The position numbers and the translations under genes were made by a program. A DNA stretch of 64,000 nt from Neoechinorhynchus agilis (lineage: Eukaryota; Animalia; Acanthocephala), in NCBI GenBank assembly GCA_051530055.1, contig CM121343.1, forward strand, positions 1,396,389-1,460,388. The letters run 5' to 3'. The number at the start of each line of letters is the position of its first letter. Position 1 is the stretch's first letter. Positions 12,705 to 26,860 of the stretch are shown here, in pieces. The notes beneath the pieces were generated by a model. It did no database searches. It was not told the origin of the DNA and saw only the letters and a program-made list of their open reading frames with translations.

Positions 12705-12865
12705 GAATTATTGTTTAAAGTCTTCACACCGTAAATAATTTTTATTAAAGACGTTCTGTGAACTTCGGCGGGTTCATCATCAGTTTGTTTATTGCATTTT
12801 AATAATTAACAAACTAATGATAAATACGTCGAGCTTCTCTTTATCGGGTGAAGACTTCTAAACCT
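12705..12865. mobile_element. Hammerhead family A inverted pair (right arm eroded)
   Basis: GAATTATTGTTTAAAGTCTTCACACCGTAAATAATTTTTATTAAAGACGTTCTGTGAACTTCGGCGGGTTCATCATCAG followed by partial inverse AACAAACTAATGATAAAT...TTTATCGGGTGAAGAC. Confidence 0.65.
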
Positions 12866-13547
12866 ATAAGTATTGAGCTATTCTTCTTCTGTTTGATTGC
12901 AATGTTTCATTTCTATACAGTTAAGACCTACGTGGAGCCTTTTGCCAGTTAAAGATACTCTTCTTTATTTTAGGCGTGAATTTTCGTAATGTTGAGAAAT
13001 TTCTCGTCGACATTCACTGAGTAAAAATTTGATTTAAGAGCACATTACCATTCTTGTTAGGCCATCACAACACGATAGTTTGGAGCTGACGAAGCCCTAA
13101 ACTTATTTTCACTGTGTGTGTAAAATCATTTGTTCCGAAAGGATATCAATCGCATTTCGACAGATGATGTGAAGAGCAAATTTCTAATTACAAAGCAATC
13201 TCGCGGACAATTCTTGAAAGGAAATAGCTGTAGAGTCACTCTTTAAATTACTCACAAGGCAAAATCGTGACCGCGTAAAACTTCATCCAAAGTAATGCTC
13301 GATATTATGGGCGCTAGGAGTGGTTGACGCCTCTTATAAATAGTGTAACACTATGATTTGTTGACCGATAAAATTCCACCTTAACTTGTAAGTGGATTCT
13401 CATGTCACTGGAATCATTGTTTTCTTGTGTGTGTGCAATGTTGTTCCGTGCGATCCCTCGATTACCCATAAGATTTCTTTAAGGACAAAAAGTACAAGCG
13501 AAATCCGAGATAACGCTGCTCCGCTCAAAATCTACTTGGACAGCAAT

Positions 13548-16560
<3,013 letters not shown>

Positions 16561-17367
16561 TTATCGTTGTAGATCTAAATACGACGAGAGAAGACGTATA
16601 CTGTCTCTTAGTCGAGGATATCACGAAGGTGATCACCAACTTATCGATAATTGCAACTTATAGGGAATCGATAGTGACGCCCTTGGTTTAATTGCGTGAA
16701 CTGAAACCCAACACGAAATGCTTTGGAAACATGAACCCGGCTACCACGCATGCTATTATTGACCTTATACAGTGCGCAATTGCCTTTTTATCCGTTTCTC
16801 TTTTGAAAAGTCAGACCGTGGAGACTCGATTGCCGCCGTTAAAAATCAGGACAGACGTTTCCCCAGCTACTACTACTGCTAAGAATGCTAGCAAGCGACT
16901 ATTACGTGCACTGGTGCACTTACGAGACTAAAGATGACATGAAGCACTCTATATCATTCACACATTCCTGCTTCGACCGAATTCCATAATCTGTTAGTCT
17001 TTCAATCTCGTATTCACTGACCCGTATAAGTTTACTCACACACGAACACTAAAAGGTCGTACCGCCACCACCACCACCAACGAAGGTCTTCAAAAGAAGG
17101 AGGGCATGGCATCAATCCCGGTTTAAACCTATTATGTTTTTCCATCTAATCGCCCCTATTTCCCATAGCTCGCATTTAACGAAGCGTTTCGAGTGTTCCC
17201 ACATGAACCATCGCCAATAGGGGTTCAAAATAATCCAGCTTATAAGCAATTATATCACGCTCTTTAGTTTGCTACGAGGTGATGGCGTCTATAGATGCAT
17301 TGACGTTAGGTTATACGTTTGTGAACGGACTACATGGTTCAATGGACCTTCAAAATGTCAATAGCCA

Positions 17368-17545
17368 TGTTTGTTTAGAAGTCTACACCCACGGTAAATG
17401 AGTATTTCGATTAAAAACGTTCTGCGAACCTCACCGAGGGGGGATCATTTTTTGTTTGCGTCTATCAATAACTAACCAACTGATTATGATGAACCCCCGC
17501 AGATCGTTTTTAATCAAAAATTGTTTACCAAGTTAAACAATAATC
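17368..17545. mobile_element. Degenerate hammerhead family A inverted pair
   Basis: GTTTAGAAGTCTACACCCACGGTAAATGAG...AAAACGTTCTGCGAACCTCACC and inverse CAACTGATTATGATGAACCC...TTTACCAAGTTAAACAATAAT. Confidence 0.5.
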
Positions 17546-17855
17546 CCAATGGGCCTTATTACACGCACCCTTTTTAATTCTAGAATTAAAAAGTCTGTTA
17601 GGATTGCTAAAAAGAATGTATATCGATGCATGATTGCATCATTAATGATTGTTTCCTACTCACAACGGAGTTACACTGGCCTTTGACCAATTAAAACAAC
17701 AGTACACTCATGCGTTTTTAGATTCTGTGAGTGCGAGCGTGAAGTGCAACGCACTCGAGAACCCTTCGGAAGGCTCGACGGCGTTTTGCGGTTGTGTACA
17801 TAGGAGCAAAAGTATCAGCAGACGAACAAAATATAGCTCGTGTATTCAAAGACGC

Positions 17856-19246
17856 TTAAGAGTGTTTCTGAGAGACATCGATACCGTAGAAACATCCACA
17901 ATTAGTCGCGCTGGCATGTGATATTTGGTGATCGTGGCCGGATGAAAATTGCAGCCTTACATCTCTGTATTGTGTGGGAAAGCAACAGCCGGTCTTTACT
18001 CCTTGTTCACTAAGTTCAGAATGTATATAACGTTGGAGGTAATATATCGTGTTTGGATTGTCCCGAACAGGCATCATGTTAAATCCACGCTTATCCGAAA
18101 TGGTTTCAATCATATTGCCTCGATGTAAAACCTCGTCCTTTGTTTCGAGACATGATCGCTCGCTTGACATTGCGCAATATGATATTTCATAGACACCAAT
18201 TGGCACTCCCGTTTCTGTGAAAACAGTAAGTAATGGATCATCCTTGGAGAAAACGTCAAGTAAATTATGGTCATTAAAATTCCAAACATAGGTACGCATT
18301 ATACATCCATTCGAAAGGACCTTTTGAGACTAAGATAGCCCGACAATAAGTGAAATAGTGCTCGGTTACTGACTTACTGTTTGTCCATAGGAATGTCCTT
18401 GGCGAGGTGCGACTTGTCTTCTTTTCCTGGCTTTTCTGGGGGAGGAAAGCATCAAGCGAACCAATGCTTCTCGTCGAAACGTGATCTGTTCTAAGCCTTT
18501 CTCAGTAAGTCGGACATAGATGGTAAGTACTTGACGATGACTAAGAACGGCAATTGAGGATTTGCTTCGACGTAATTCCTGGCTTCTTCCCAGCCCGTAT
18601 CGATTGAGTCCGATTCTAATGCTATCCGAGTCCAAACGCCTGTGATTCGCTAAAATCGTGACCGTTGTGTTCAAGTCCGAGAGTTTTTCCTTTGATCCAG
18701 ATTTCATAATTCGCACCATAGCGCCGACCCTCGTCTTTGCTATCAGAGTATAAAGTTTAAAATACTATCTTTATATAAAGACTTACTTGTCCGGACGAAT
18801 TGTGCGTTATTTCTGACAAAGACAATAAACTTGAGCTGATCTATTTTGACTGGAATTAAGCCATTATTTCGGAACCTTATTTTAAAATCGCAATCATGTT
18901 GTTGCTTGCTCGAGCACATCGATAATCGAGCAGGAATTGTTTCATCTGCGACATTTATGCTTTGATATATTTCCCGTTTGCTTACAGCCGAAAGGTACTG
19001 CATTGCTGACTTAATTATGACTTGAGGTACTTTACCTGAATATTCAGAAATTAGTCGCTCTTTCATGTGCACTTGATTGAAGCTAAGGCTTTCATTTACC
19101 ATCTCAATAAATCTAGTGAAGAGCTGGAGTTCGGACTTGCTCATAGTTTTCCTAGTCGCGTTTGCATTCATTTGAATTTGTTGTTGCTCGGCGCGAATAA
19201 GGACTGCGATGATGATGATGGAAATGCGAAGTGAACCAATTTTCAT
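17856..19246 (-). CDS. Divergent TGF-beta superfamily ligand precursor, ~431 aa, 3 exons
   Basis: Exons 19246-18787, 18739-18378, 18329-17856 joined in frame by 47- and 48-nt GTAAGT..AG introns. Hydrophobic signal peptide, furin site RKARKRR, mature domain with seven Cys ending GCCFP...NCGCF. Confidence 0.75.
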
Positions 19247-20124
19247 TATATCTCATTGTTGTTTGTTAACAGCGAACAAAACAACAACAACAACAACAAT
19301 GTGATTTTATTGAATAGAAGAACATCATGATTTACCATGACAGTGGTGCGGGCAAAGCATTAATAAACCCTCTCCGGATAAACAGTTTTCAGAATCCTTT
19401 TCAATTTATACTTGCCAGTCGAGAGAAGAGAAAGGTTCGGCTACACGTACACACAGAGACGGCAGTGGTGGTAAGCAGCGACACGCGTCTCTCACCTTTG
19501 TCTAAAGCTATAAAAATTCTGTCATAGAGAATGCCAGACAAATGCAGCGGACAGTCTCGACCGTAATGCTAAGTCAGAATCGGTCGGGAAACAAATAGTC
19601 ACAACATCAATTGAGCACTTTGCTCTTGTGTGATACGCAAATGCTGCCGGCGGCACCTCATTCCCAATTTATATCTATGCTTCGAAAAATCTTCATTTCC
19701 GTTCATTAGCCTAATATAGAGATCGATCCCCCAGTAGCAACACCGAGTGCTTATCGCATTATGTCGCTCATTTGTATCTCATCAAATCAAATTCGCCCTA
19801 AGATATGCTCGCCTGGCACAAACTCATTCGGTCGCCACTTTAAACGTTATCGCTTCTGGCGCGCTGTCTAAAGAACTGCCATAATGATCGATCTTTCGGA
19901 AAAGTCACTTGAGCAATACCAAGTCAACCATATCTGATACACAAGCCTTTTTTTGTCAATCTTAACCTGTAAACGTTAGCCTATTCATCTTCCTCTCACA
20001 ATAAAACGAAAAAGTAAATACGACTCATTAATAACGCGTTTTATATTGAACAAAGAAGAGGAATCATGTAATTTTGGATCCTCGTGAACATTCGAGTTCA
20101 AATTCGTTAAATGAATGTGGATGG

Positions 20125-20290
20125 TGATTTTGGAGTGGATTACTACGAGTCCGGGCGGGTGGAGGAGAGTCTATGAGGTTGGTTCTTTCCTCCGGTTCAT
20201 TTCGGGTCTTAACATCCGAGAATATCGTACAGCATGGAAAAAGGAGCGAAAGTAGAAGATGCGAAAGGAAACGACATCAAGTTTATGTAG
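20125..20290 (+). repeat. Dispersed repeat related to the reverse complement of 40560-40770 (sequence downstream of the PLE family B hammerhead)
   Basis: Shared blocks GTGGATTAC..GAGTCC.GGCGGG, AGGTTGGTT.TTCCTC.G.TTCATTTC.GGT, CATGGAAAA.GGAGCG.AAGTA. Confidence 0.4.
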
Positions 20291-20408
20291 TACCCTTTCC
20301 GAATGGCGAAAAGATTTTTTAGTTTGTCCTCTTGGTTCTACTGATTTAGAGTACTCCAAAAAAGCCTACTCTGCGGTCTCAGTAATAGTGATGAACATTC
20401 TTGGATCA

Positions 20409-20580
20409 GAATTATTGTTTAGCGCTACACCCGGTAAATGATTTTGTTTATTAAAGATGTTTCGAATCTGGGGATGAATCCGACGAGGTTCGAAATGCCA
20501 TTAATAAAAAATTATTTACCGGGTATACACCTAAACAATAATTCTAATCACATTCCCCGGTACCTCACATATCGACATTC
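20409..20580. mobile_element. Hammerhead family A inverted pair
   Basis: GAATTATTGTTTAGCGCTACACCCGGTAAATGA...TTTCGAATC mirrored by CCGACGAGGTTCGAAATGCCATTAATAAAAATTATTTACCGGGTATACACCTAAACAATAATTC. The tail AATCACATTCCCCGGTACCTC matches the reverse complement of 310-345. Confidence 0.7.
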
Positions 20581-21550
20581 TTGGATCAGAACTCGAATAA
20601 AGCTAATCTTTGTGAATCGCGATGGGTGGGCGCCAATATTGAATCGTTGTACTGCGCTCAAGTACAAATACGATTTGTTGTCTCCAGGGCACATAAACGA
20701 AGAAATTAGGCAGTCGTTAAATCTAAACATTGATTTTATAACCATTTATACAAGCCGAATTCCCATTAATAGCTGAAATGTATGCTAAACAATTTTGCCG
20801 CCACATCGCTCAATGTGCATTTGCTTTGAGGAACAAAAATTAATCAATTCGCATTGCCGAGTTCTACTTTGATCTTCTGACTTACTTCAACTAAGTCCTT
20901 AGAGTTTATTACTACCAATTTGTCGATAAGTTAATCGTTTCGTAATGAAATTCGTTCACTCCTAACAGAAAATAATAGCCATGTAATTAGAAAGCATACA
21001 GTGGTAAGATGTAGCAATGAATAGGAATGGAGTTTTTGTTTAAAAGTCGAAGTAAGGAAATATATTACAACTTTAGAATTGCCTGCAACTTTGATTAAAA
21101 CTATATAATCTCTTAGGCGGAAAATAAGTTCGTAAATCCTTCAGATGATGTGATGATTGATCACGGTTAGTATTGAATAGTTTAACATCGTATTACTATG
21201 GCGAATCTTTCAAGTTTCCTTCGCCCGAATAAATATTTGTTAACACGGTTTCGAATCATTCCAAATTTTGAGCGAATTTATCACTTGCTGTCATGCCAAT
21301 CACCGGATGCAAAGTTCCCGACTTAGAAGATAGAAACGAAGGTTTTACTGCTCTCAGCATTTTACATACAGGCAGTCACCTGAAAGTGACTTGATCGTGT
21401 TACTTTTTTTATAGGACCATGAATTAACGGTATAAGGCCTTTTTTAGCGAAGGAATGCAGTCCTGTTGCCTGAAGAGACGATGGCACTTCCTGTATCATG
21501 GGAAGATGGACTTATTTACAAGAACAAAGGTTCTCCTTTACGGTCAGAAC

Positions 21551-23148
21551 CTACAACGACATGCCCATTCTTTTTAGGGCTAAAAGAGCGTTGACTGCTT
21601 TCTATAAAAGGAGTTTAACTTTTTAGATGGGTTACAAATTATCGCCACATACCTGCCAGCGACGCCGTATCACGAACCGGCGCAGCTTCGTCGTGTTAAT
21701 CTTTGTTTCATCCGTTACGTTGACATTACCCAAATCAGTTCTTTTTTGGTGTCGTGTGAGCCACTCGTGCTTTAGGCACTGGTCGGCCGTTAAACGATTC
21801 CTATAATAATGACTTGTTAATTCACAGTGAAATCCCCGCATCTTACTCTTTCTTGGCGACTAGCAACTTAGAAATGAAGTCCTTTGCTTCAGATGAAATC
21901 TCATCAAAAGCTTCATCTTCGAAATCAAATGCGACTCGAGCAATGCTGTTATATGTTTCGGCATCATTTTCACCCATAAACGGACTGAGGCCGGAGAGCC
22001 TGAAGTATATCGATGAGATGCTTTGTCGCGTAGAGATTAAACTCACAGAACAAAACATATAACACCAATGCTCCACATGTCAGTGCCTTGACCTATTTGT
22101 TCATAAGAAATTACTTCAGGAGCGACGAACTCCGGTGTGCCGAATAGGATTTTGAGGCAGTCACCCGGTTTGAATCGACGTGCAAGTCCAAAGTCAATTA
22201 TTTTGATCCGGTGGCCATCGCGATTAACGCAAAGGATATTTTCTGGCTAAATCGGTTAATCATAGCTAATGGATTTTGTGGAAACAACTATACCTTCATG
22301 TCCAAATGTAGAAAATTTTCATTGTGCATGAACGCAATTCCTTCACATATTTGACGCATGTATAATTCGCAAAGTAGCTCGGTAAGGATGAAATCTTCAT
22401 CGATGACTCGTTCAAATAACTCGCCTCCGCTTATCCTATCGTCAACAGAGTGGGTGTGTGCGTTTTCTGACTTTGAGTTAAAAGAGTTTCTATACCACAC
22501 TTACAGTTCCATAATAAGTGCGATTTCGTGTCTAGTATCTATTGCATCGTATAGTTGAAGAAGACGGGGATGTTGGAGGCTATTCATAACTTCAATCTCA
22601 TTATAGACATCCTTCCGTTCAACTTCAGATCGAACGGGTACTATCTTTACGGCAAGCTCCTTTCCCGTCTTCTTCTCTATGCATCGCTTCACTTCGCCAA
22701 ACTTTCCCCTAATGTCATTCATTGAACCGATAAAACTTTTACAAATCCTGTAGTCACCTTCCAAGCAGATCAATAACGGTGTACTCCGCAGTGAGCGAGG
22801 TATTTTTCCTAGGTGTCACATTGCGCCTTTCGAAGGTTGGCTCTCTATCTTAAAGCAAATCGTTGAGAAATTGGTTAGACAAACAATCGAACTCGCACCT
22901 GGTTCCAATTCGATCGTCGGAGGAGGTGTAATACTGACTTGGTTATTGACATTGTGACGGCTATAAATCGAATTGATTAAACATGTGAGAGAAACTTTTA
23001 GCCGAATTAAAAGAAGGAATTTGGTAAAAGATGATTCTCCTCTGAGACACAAATGGTGGTCTGCTGTGTTTAGTTCATGGAAAAACCAGGGAACCACAAA
23101 GGAATAAAACTCGTCGACCTGACGACGTGCCCCACTCTTTCTTACCAT
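21551..23148 (-). CDS. MYLK: Myosin light-chain kinase (MLCK-type CAMK-group kinase) with CaM-binding tail; 5' end uncertain
   Basis: Spliced reading EPTFERRNVT..LGR|GKFGEVKRC..ELAVK..HPRLLQLYDA..EL|ISGGELFERVIDEDF..HLDMK|PENILC..DFGLAR..GTPEFVAPE..DMWSIGVICFVL|LSGLSPFMGEND..RRRWQ|KAVNALLALKRMGMSL*. GT-AG introns of roughly 46-70 nt. Confidence 0.92.
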
Positions 23149-23815
23149 GACATTTTAAGGAGGATGCAATAGTGCTACTTGAAAGGCTGATCTACAATTT
23201 GTTTTAAACATGCATTGAGAAGGGCCAATGTGTAGAAGGAAACACAAAACGCCATTAAGATTAGATTCCTGAGGACGAGATCATTCTTGATACTAAAAGA
23301 CGATTATGCGACACAGAAACATGTTCCAATAGGAGCAAAGGACTGTCTTTACATCGTAGCACGCACGAACTGATGTCTGATGAGGATGAACGGAAATTGA
23401 GACGTATTCCGTCTTCTTGATATTGTTCTCTTTTCCGCCTTGGTATTATTAAAAGAATAGCACGCGATAAATGATGAACACAAATGACACAAACATATAC
23501 CGGCATTGCAATAGCGTTCCCGCTCCCCCTTCTTCTGCTCGTTACTATCAGCACAATCAAATAGTAGGCCGCATTGACGGCACAAAAACCGCTCTTCAGT
23601 GAACAAATAGTTTAGGTAGGTGTGCGCAAGCAGTAAAGGAGGAACGATGTGGTTCCCATCGCATATCACATGGAATGATGCATGGATAAATTGTTGGGAA
23701 CATACATATGCGCCTATTTAAAAACAAAAAGATCATCATTTAGAGTTCGAAGAAGTTCAATTCCAGAAAAGTGGTAATCTACTTATAAAAAACACTGTTA
23801 CATTGCATCGTAGAC

Positions 23816-25603
23816 TTACCCGTATCTGCGCAACCAGCTATCTCTCTTGTATTTTAGTGGCATTTGCTCCTTAAAGACCAAATGATCAGAACAGGTGCCT
23901 AATGCTCCAAGACTTCTGCATTGATCCAATAAATTAACTTCGCTAAAGTATCGATTCATCGAATAGTTGTAATCTATTGTCTTGCGATCATCTGAATCAA
24001 CGATCTTTCCTGCTCTTGAAAGCAGCACGTGAGAAACTTTTGTACTGGTTAATGAGGAAGATCCTGTAGATAAACGCTGTTTGGGTTGCTGTTGCCGATT
24101 GCATTGAGCAACCCAATGTGGAACATTCATAACTTTTTCCTCACATACGGTATCCAGAGTACTGTATCGCGTAAGCTGCGGGGTTTGTAGGCGTGATGAT
24201 CGGCGGTACTCTGATGGTTTTGGTGATCTTCGTTTTTGTGCCACATTTCCTATTCTTTGCGGCACACCTTCCCGTGGAGTGCGGAATGCAACGCATTCAA
24301 GTGATACTGCTTTATTTGGTGGCTGCGATGAATACTGACAAGAATTGCAGGTTACGAAGGGCTTCGGTGCCTTCGTCGTTTCCGAAGAAATCGTGTTCGC
24401 ATATTTAATCAAGGATGAAGAAGGGCTCTTTGTTGTATAGATTGATTCCAACTGCTTTGAAGTTGGATCTATCTCAGGTTTTCTGAGGCTCTCTCTCCAA
24501 CGCTTTTCGACAAAGTATTGACCGCTGTGTTCCTCGATATTTGGATTACTGAACCAGTACATGGAACTCTTATTTAACAAAAGATTTTTACATTGCTTTG
24601 GATTTTGCATCCATGTGGATGACAGCGATGATGTCGGCTTAACTATGTTGACCCAAGACATGGACCTCTGTCGCGAACAATAGACTGTCACATCTTCTGA
24701 ATGCGGATGTGACTTTTCTGCTTGGTGTCGAAGCCACGATTGTGTCGGTCTGGCGAATCGTGGAATGTCTTCGTTATTTAATTTTCTATTCGTGAAAAGT
24801 TCCGAAGTCAAAGACATACTGGAGCACTACTTTTCGACTATTCTCAGTAGATAGCACTTTGAGTTGAAAGGCAGTGCGATTGAACTACTGTTGGTTTCAT
24901 CACTGCTAGTATTTGTTGTTGACGAACTTGAGCACGGTGATGATATAGCAGCGAAATGAGATGAAGACAGAGGTTTTGACTTTACATCGTTTTTACTAGC
25001 CAAGTCAGACGCCTGATCGATCTCGCCGTAGACGGATTGAGCTTTATCGAAATCGCTTTGACTAGTCTCTAACAAAATATCGTCCAGGGTAAGTTTTTGA
25101 AACGGTCTTTTGTTATTTTCGCTAATTGTAGACCAAAGAAGGTTTTGACTCACTGAGTCGTTCTTTGTTCGTGTACGTGCCGGAACCAAAGCGTGAGATT
25201 GTTTTACAATCATCGGAGACTGGTCGAGTCGACGTGGATTTTTTGGATCGGCATCAAACACGCGTTTTACACATCCATTATATTCGGTACCATTAAACGG
25301 CGATATTTTTGACATTGCACATTTAGTTGTCGAGGTCATTTGAGTGTTCGATGTGAACCCTGTTGTGGTCGCTGCATCATTAGTTGACGTGAGATGGCTC
25401 GATTCAAAGTTGCGTATGAGGTTCATAACACGTTCCCGATGACAAACAGAAAGATCAGCGTTGCTCGCACTTCTGATGTCTCGCTGTTTGTTACTGTTGC
25501 TACCAGCGTTCGATTGACTTAAAGCTATCCTGGATTGTGTAGCTGGACGAGACGAGGAATGTTGCCGATTCCGCTGAGGACTAGCAACTGGATTTACGGT
25601 CAT
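23816..25603 (-). CDS. Long low-complexity Ser/Thr/Pro-rich coding segment, possibly upstream exons of the MLCK gene
   Basis: ORFs 24827-25603 and 23816-24817 are in the same frame, separated by one TAG removable by a 39-nt GT-AG intron. The segment ends at a GTAAGT donor (23819). No domain recognised. Confidence 0.5.
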
Positions 25604-26311
25604 TTCTGAAACTCCAAGAGGCGCGATTTTTTTCCCTACAGCGAGCTGTATATGCTTCTTGTCCTTTTTTTATTTTGCAATAGAACGTCAAGTTGGGATT
25701 AAAGCGCAAAAAGGTCACGCAATCCCATTCAGAGGCCCGTCGGTTCTCGCCCCGTTAAAGATCTTTTGCCCCTGTCAAACTCGTTGTCTACAGCTATTTG
25801 GGGACCACGCCGCTAGAAAAAATTAAAATGCATGTTTGTAAAATTACAATGACCTAACTAATACCGGAGAACTCAGAAAGTCCATTCAATTTCTGCCTCG
25901 CAGTCTTTTATTCCACAGCTCTGCTCCTGCCACAGTCACATACCTCCTCTCCTACCAGTGCATACGCGTTCGCGCACGTACTCGAACAGAGCTACTTCTC
26001 AAAACTAAAATGAGTCAGACCACGTGGAAGTGCTCGTGGTGGATACATCGTGTAAATGTATAACAAAAGCGTTGCCTTCTTGTGACATCAACTCGTACAC
26101 TTTTCTCTTCCGCACTGTAACCATTGTTGTTGAATCGTTGCTCAATCGTGGTAGTGGTGGTGGTGGTATGGACGACCAAACTCCCTTCGTTAGGTGAGCA
26201 GAGTGTTTTGTTGCCTTTTTATCAGTAATCTCATCCATGAAATCATTCCCTCTCATGGCTTATATAAGCACAGATCACCAAACCATCCCAAGTGAATCTT
26301 GTACATTTCGG

Positions 26312-26435
26312 ACCGCGATAAATGATTATTTCCATTAAAGACGTTCTGCGAACATCACCGGGGTTCATCATCAGTTAATTAGTAAAAGGAGACGAGGTCC
26401 ACAGAATGTCTTTAACCAAATCATTTACCGCGGGA
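26312..26435. mobile_element. Hammerhead family A inverted pair
   Basis: CCGCGATAAATGATTATTTTCCATTAAAGACGTTCTGCGAACATCACCGGGGTTCATCATCAG mirrored by ACGAGGTCCACAGAATGTCTTTAACCAAATCATTTACCGCGG. Confidence 0.65.
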
Positions 26436-26860
26436 TCGACACTCGTACATTTTAAACAACTCTTGTCAGTTAAATACAAACAACCGTATGAATATCGATA
26501 AGAAGTACCACATCACTAACAATTATATTCCGAGACACCGTCCCAGTTCCTGAAAGGCTTTTTATATCGAGATAACCATCCAATAAGAAGTACTCAAGCC
26601 TCAAAACTCACTGAAGAACAATAAAATATTCTTTCACGACGTTTTTTAATACGTTATTTATCTCACGATCTCGGCTGAAATGACTGCGGTTTACAACTAA
26701 AGAACTTAAAGTAGTGTTATTTGTTTTGGTAACAGTGAGCATCCAAAGGAGACATAAGCCAATTTATTCAGAGATTAAAAACTTCAATTCTTCTACAAAA
26801 TATAATACAATTATAGGCATCTAAAAAATCGACCCGTTGGAAGAGTTGGAACATTAAAAA

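Noticed and set aside
23370-23400. CTGATGA...GAAA as a hammerhead
   Set aside because: No stem II complementarity between the two motifs and no downstream NUH/stem I.
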